This document shows positions 23,959-32,900 of a stretch of 32,900 nt of DNA, in pieces. This stretch comes from Chloroflexaceae bacterium (GTDB lineage Bacteria > Chloroflexota > Chloroflexia > Chloroflexales > Chloroflexaceae): assembly GCA_026417815.1 (NCBI GenBank), contig JAOACN010000408.1, positions 1 to 32,900 on the forward strand, written 5' to 3'. Positions within the stretch are counted from its first letter, which is position 1, and the number at the start of each line of letters is the position of its first letter. The notes under the pieces are model-generated. The model saw nothing but the letters and a program-made list of their open reading frames with translations. It was not told where the DNA came from and did no database searches. The translations under genes and the position numbers were made by a program.

Positions 23959-26037
23959 ATGCACCAATCCCGTCCCCTCTCTCGCCTCACTCGCCCCGCC
24001 CTGCTGTTCTGGGCGATCCTCCTCCTGGTGGGCCAGGCCGTGCCCCTCGGCGGGCGCACGGCCGCGCAGGGCTCGGCAAGCATCGGCTTTGCGGCCCCTG
24101 ACGCTTTGACCGTATCCGTGGATGCCGGTGATGACTTCGCAACCACGGTTCTCGGCGATCCCTGGGACATGGATCGCGCTCGCGATATTCAGTATGAAAT
24201 CGGGTTTGCCGGTATAGGCGCTGCGAATGGGATATGGTCGGGAACCTATAGCGGTGTGGATCACGCTTCGGGCGCCCAGACCAGCGGCTACCTCTTTCCG
24301 CTTTTCCAGGGCTTTAGCACTCCCATTCAGGGACTGTTGAGCCAGGAACTGCCCCTGAACAAAGTCGGCGCTCAGGACCGCTATGCCATTGATGCCTCAC
24401 GGTACACCCGACTGACGTACCGCATGTCCGTTACGCCGCGTTCCGCGCAGGGGCCGTTTGCGGTTATGTGGACCAACGCCAGACCAGTGACATGGCCCGA
24501 CGGCAGCCAGCGCTTCGCGGACCTGGATGCCTGTCAGGGGACCACGGCGTTCTTCCCCTGGAATGGCTGGCGGGTGTACGATTTTGATATGACGCGGCCC
24601 AATGGGGCGCCCAACGCGCGGGCGGGCGCCTGGCAGGGTCTGGTCCGTGGCCTGCGCATCGATCCGCTTGTCATCCCCCAGGCCGGGGTTCAGGTCAGTG
24701 TCGACTGGATCCGCCTGAGCGACCCCGCCTCGGCCCCGACGATCGCCATTCCCTGGAGCGCCGCCGGCGCGGCGGCAAACGACCGGGTTGACATCTACAT
24801 AGCGGACAATCCCCAGGGACGCGATGCCGCGCCCCTGGCCCACGGCCTCCCTGTCAGCGCCGGTCGCTATGAACTGGCAACCAGCATCTTGCCGCCTGGC
24901 CAGCATTACTTCCAGTTGCGACTGAAGGACGGCGCCAGCCAGAATGGCTGCACCGTCACACGGGCCGTTAGTAACTGGGTGGGCCCGCTTACCATCACGC
25001 CCGCGCCGATCCTCACCTTCGCCCGGCCGAGCATGTTGAGCGGCCCCGATTATGCCCTCTCCGAGCTTGGGCGCGCCTGGGACATGCAGTCGGGCGATGA
25101 TATTGCCGCCGTCAACCCGCCGGGTTGGCCCCCGACCATCGCTGATGTGCGCTTCAACGATGGGATCCTGACCGCGCGCGCCGTGTACCATCCCACGGTA
25201 AACGGGCAACCCTTGAACGACTCCGACGCGCAACTCTGGCTGCGGGTCAATCCTCAACGGCCAATTGACACCACCTACTATCGCTACTTCTCAGTACGCT
25301 TTAAAGTTGATTTTCCTCCATCGCGAGACATCAACTGGGCCATTAAGAATGGCTGGGGTATGCGTATCTTCTGGTGGGATCGCGGGCTCACCAGCGATGG
25401 GTCTGAAACCAAGTACGGAACCTACTACGAAGGGTGGAACATCTACTCGGTTGATCTGGCGCGGTCCTTCCCGCCACTCCCCCTGAGCGACCCGCGTCAG
25501 GCCGACAATATCCTGACCCCGCGCGAGGAAAGCACGTTCCCCAACCAGGCCGGCTGGACCCAGATCCGCCAGGCCCGCGCCCTGCGTTTCGATCCGCTGG
25601 AGACAACCCCGGCGGCGGTGGGCACGGGGGCGGATGTGTTTCAGATCGACTGGATCCGGCTCACCGCCAACGATGAGGTGAGGCGTGGGCAGCCATTCAC
25701 TGTCGAAGCGGGCGTGAACGTGCCCCCTTCAACCCTGCGGTCCGTTACGTTTTTCTATACGAACAATCGCCAGGACCCCTTCCAGAGTCCTGCCCGGCCC
25801 GTCGCCGCCGAACCGCCGGCAGCCACTGGCCCTACCAACGCCTTTCGTGTGCATCTGCCCCTCATGGGGAACAGGACACTGGCCAGAAACCCGGTCCCGA
25901 TTGTCGGCAACCCGTTGACGTTTCAATGGGACACCTCGACCGTGGCGCCGGGTACGTACTACGTGTGTGCCAGGGTCGAAAGCGCGTCCCGCGCCTACAG
26001 TTACTGTAGCGAGACACCGGTGGTCGTGCGGCCGTAG
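23959..26037 (+). CDS. secreted protein of unknown function with two copies of a ~200-aa domain, each followed by an Ig-like segment
   Basis: GAGGAG lies 4 nt before the ATG. Signal peptide: RPALLFWAILLLVGQAVPLGG..AAQG. The internal duplication is GDPWDM...YTRLTYRMSV...WRVYDFDM...LRIDPL...VDWIRLSD against GRAWDM...YRYFSVRFKV...WNIYSVDL...LRFDPLE...IDWIRLTAND. I recognised no named family. Confidence 0.8.
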   Translation: MHQSRPLSRLTRPALLFWAILLLVGQAVPLGGRTAAQGSASIGFAAPDALTVSVDAGDDFATTVLGDPWDMDRARDIQYEIGFAGIGAANGIWSGTYSGVDHASGAQTSGYLFPLFQGFSTPIQGLLSQELPLNKVGAQDRYAIDASRYTRLTYRMSVTPRSAQGPFAVMWTNARPVTWPDGSQRFADLDACQGTTAFFPWNGWRVYDFDMTRPNGAPNARAGAWQGLVRGLRIDPLVIPQAGVQVSVDWIRLSDPASAPTIAIPWSAAGAAANDRVDIYIADNPQGRDAAPLAHGLPVSAGRYELATSILPPGQHYFQLRLKDGASQNGCTVTRAVSNWVGPLTITPAPILTFARPSMLSGPDYALSELGRAWDMQSGDDIAAVNPPGWPPTIADVRFNDGILTARAVYHPTVNGQPLNDSDAQLWLRVNPQRPIDTTYYRYFSVRFKVDFPPSRDINWAIKNGWGMRIFWWDRGLTSDGSETKYGTYYEGWNIYSVDLARSFPPLPLSDPRQADNILTPREESTFPNQAGWTQIRQARALRFDPLETTPAAVGTGADVFQIDWIRLTANDEVRRGQPFTVEAGVNVPPSTLRSVTFFYTNNRQDPFQSPARPVAAEPPAATGPTNAFRVHLPLMGNRTLARNPVPIVGNPLTFQWDTSTVAPGTYYVCARVESASRAYSYCSETPVVVRP

Positions 26038-26175
26038 CGCAATGCCAGCGCGGCGCGTCTGACGCGGTCAACGTCGCCAGTGTTCCCGGAGGTCCGCCCC
26101 CTTCCGGATCCTCCCGCCGCGGGTAGACGCTCTGGCACTTCGTCGGAGCCTCCGTGCCGGGCCGGCCCTGGCGTG

Positions 26176-26216
26176 GTAAGGCCGAAGCATTGGCGCAGCC
26201 AATGCCTCGGCCTTAC
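26176..26216. repeat. Palindromic element, family D, second copy (GTAAGGCCGAAGCATTGGC-gc-aGCCAATGCCTCGGCCTTAC)
   Basis: Same arms as 4814-4854, with a compensatory CATCGG/CCGATG to CATTGG/CCAATG change and one A/C mismatch. Again located between convergent genes. Confidence 0.7.
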
Positions 26217-26373
26217 GCGCGCGCCGTCAGATTGGCTCAGACGCAGCGCCAGCGAAGCCAGAACCCGCCGCGGGCGCAACGAGCGGAGCGCGCTGCCCTC
26301 CGTCCATCTCCCGGACGGACACTGTGGAAGGCTGCGCAACCGGACTATCCCCCGGGCCCTAATCCAACAAGGT

Positions 26374-27714
26374 TCACCTCGGCGCGCCAGCCTGAAGCCG
26401 TGCCAGGTGATAACAGAGCAGGGCCTGGCGCACCTGGGTCTCGAGTACGGCCTGCTGGGCATGGCGATCAATCTGCTCCTGCAGTTGCGCCAGGCTGCGC
26501 TGCGCCGCGAGATTGAAGCGAGTCTGCTGGTGCATAAGGGGAAGCACGTACCAGCGGGTTGCAATGCCGTTCCAGGCGCGACGGAAGGCCGCGACCAGAG
26601 GCACCCGCGAGTGAAAGCGATGCTCGCGCAGGACCGCCTCTGTCTCCGCCTCGGCAATCAGGCCGGCAAGGGCGGCGCTCGTCGGAACACCCAGGAGGTC
26701 GCGGGCCGCTGCCGGCCACTCGGTGGGCCGGTCTTGCAGCGTGGCCGTGACCGTCGCCAGGATGCGCCCGTAGCGCAGAATGGTCGCGCGCATATCGGCG
26801 TCAGGCACGGCCAGCCCGTGGGGTAACGACTGGCGATAGACCAGACTGGCCACGGCCCGATCGAGCGCGGAGGCCTGGCGCAAGCGGTAGGACTCGGCGG
26901 GCGCGAAGCCGTTCCAGAGCGTCTGCCAGTCCATATGCTTGCAGGCGAAGCGCAGGCGGTTCAGATGGTGGTAGTAGTAGAACGCCCCGCTAAACGATCC
27001 GGTGGATGACGCCTCGCCGTGACGCAGAACCGATCGGGGCGTGTACCAGCACTCCGCTCCAAGCTCTCGCGCGCGCCAGCAGAGATCAACGTCCTCAAAA
27101 TAGCCGGGAAAGAAGCCCGGGTCCAGGCCATCCAGGCGTTCCCACAGCGCGCGTCGCAGCGCCAGCGACGCGCCGGTGACAAACTCAACCACCTCTGCGC
27201 TCTCGTACCGTCCGGTGTCGCGCTCGCCCGCTCCGCGATGATGCGCCAGAACATCCGGCCAGCGCAACGCGCCGCCGGCATGGCGGAGTCGCTGTCCATC
27301 CAGATCAACGATCTTGCTGCCGGCAATGCCGCAACTCGGCCTGGCCAGCATCTCCACCAGGGCCGCCAACCAGTGGGGGTCAACCACGGTGTCGGGATTC
27401 AAGAGTGCCAGGATCTCGCCACTGCTGGCAGCTACGCCGCATCGCACCCCGCCACTGAAGCCGAGGTTGGTTTCCTGCGGCAGCAGAAGCGCCTCGGGCA
27501 GCAATTGCCGGACCAGGGCAACACTGTCGTCCTGGGAGGCATTATCCACAACCACGATTTGCGGGGGCGGATCGTAGCACAGGGCGCGCAGGGCCGCACA
27601 ACACGCGGTCAGATACGGAGCACTGTTGTGGGTAACGAGAATGATCGAGACGTTGGGGTTCACGCTGGCCCCTGACAGTTGAGCAGCGCCCGAAGCATCG
27701 AGAAGCTCCTGCAC
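26374..27714 (-). CDS. GT2-family glycosyltransferase (rhamnosyltransferase-like) with a ~170-aa C-terminal extension
   Basis: VSIILVTHNSAPYL...VVVDNASQDDS...NLGFSGG...LLNPDTVV...FEDVDLCWRA. GTG start at 27714. An internal GTG giving MNPNVSIILV is an alternative start. Confidence 0.85.
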   Translation of the reverse strand: MQELLDASGAAQLSGASVNPNVSIILVTHNSAPYLTACCAALRALCYDPPPQIVVVDNASQDDSVALVRQLLPEALLLPQETNLGFSGGVRCGVAASSGEILALLNPDTVVDPHWLAALVEMLARPSCGIAGSKIVDLDGQRLRHAGGALRWPDVLAHHRGAGERDTGRYESAEVVEFVTGASLALRRALWERLDGLDPGFFPGYFEDVDLCWRARELGAECWYTPRSVLRHGEASSTGSFSGAFYYYHHLNRLRFACKHMDWQTLWNGFAPAESYRLRQASALDRAVASLVYRQSLPHGLAVPDADMRATILRYGRILATVTATLQDRPTEWPAAARDLLGVPTSAALAGLIAEAETEAVLREHRFHSRVPLVAAFRRAWNGIATRWYVLPLMHQQTRFNLAAQRSLAQLQEQIDRHAQQAVLETQVRQALLCYHLARLQAGAPR

Positions 27715-27791
27715 CGGGCGATGGCGCTCCTCGGGCTTCTCGACTATGGGCAGGCGCCACCTCCAGGCGGCAACGTAACGGCAATGCGGTC

Positions 27792-27837
27792 AAAAAGGGT
27801 GTGACCGGCCCGGTCCGGGGACCGGGCCGGTCACACC
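27792..27837 (-). terminator. Rho-independent terminator of rpoC
   Basis: On the minus strand, 8 nt after the rpoC stop, there is a perfect 19-nt inverted repeat GGTGTGACCGGCCCGGTCC/GGACCGGGCCGGTCACACC (27798-27837). It is followed by CTTTTTG (the A-run at 27792-27796 on the plus strand). Confidence 0.8.
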
Positions 27838-27845
27838 ACCGGCGA

Positions 27846-32438
<4,593 letters not shown>

Positions 32439-32512
32439 TGGGCTCACTCCTCTGGCGGCGGATACGCCGCAAAGCGCGCGCAGCGCCTCGGTGATAGTGC
32501 CACGGAGCTTTC

Positions 32513-32630
32513 CTGGGACGGCGCAAGCCTCCCGGACCCTCCCACGTTCACGTCAGGAGAGGGTTTGGAAGGGCATAACCCTTCCAAACCCTCCTGTAGG
32601 CGGCAGAGGTGTGGGGCAACCCGGGTCCCC
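32513..32630. repeat. REP-like elements in the rpoB-rpoC spacer (B/C-type half element, long family C hairpin, family A hairpin)
   Basis: GGGACGGCGCAAGCCTCCCGGACCCTCCC at 32513-32543. GGAGAGGGTTTGGAAGGG-cataa-CCCTTCCAAACCCTCC at 32556-32594. GGGGCAACCCGGGTCCCC at 32613-32630. Confidence 0.75.
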
Positions 32631-32635
32631 CATCA

Positions 32636-32900
<265 letters not shown>

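Overview
High-GC bacterial chromosomal fragment. Gene content and the beta-prime architecture suggest a Chloroflexota-like filamentous bacterium, but this is inference and was not verified. The right end is an assembly artefact: the last 19 nt are an Illumina Nextera mosaic-end adapter that truncates rpoB.

Content from left to right:
- A 5'-truncated P-type cation ATPase.
- A pta-ackA operon (minus strand).
- A class I/II aminotransferase.
- A TPR membrane protein.
- A cell-wall remodelling group: a zincin-like peptidase and GH18 operon, a divergent SLT-like lytic transglycosylase, and a small DUF1450-like Cys protein.
- An alpha/beta-hydrolase::App1(DUF2183) fusion.
- A class I DAHP synthase.
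- A ~14 kb surface-glycan assembly/export island (about 13.5-27.7 kb).
- rpoC with its intrinsic terminator, and the 3' end of rpoB.

The glycan island is the most interesting part. It encodes a small membrane protein, a CBM+CE4 deacetylase, a Wzz/PCP-like domain fused to a Wzm ABC-2 permease, and a Wzt ATPase with a C-terminal glycan-binding domain. It also encodes a coiled-coil methyltransferase, a GT2+GT4 bifunctional glycosyltransferase carrying the same C-terminal helical motif, and a second methyltransferase. The last two genes are a secreted protein with an internally duplicated domain and a convergent GT2.

Almost every intergenic region holds short GC-rich palindromic (REP-like) elements of a few recurring families. 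Two ~170-nt structured repeat copies bracket the export half of the island.

No tRNA, rRNA, CRISPR array, transposase or integrase was recognised. Many long ORFs in the six-frame track are antisense or shadow frames typical of high-GC DNA and were rejected.
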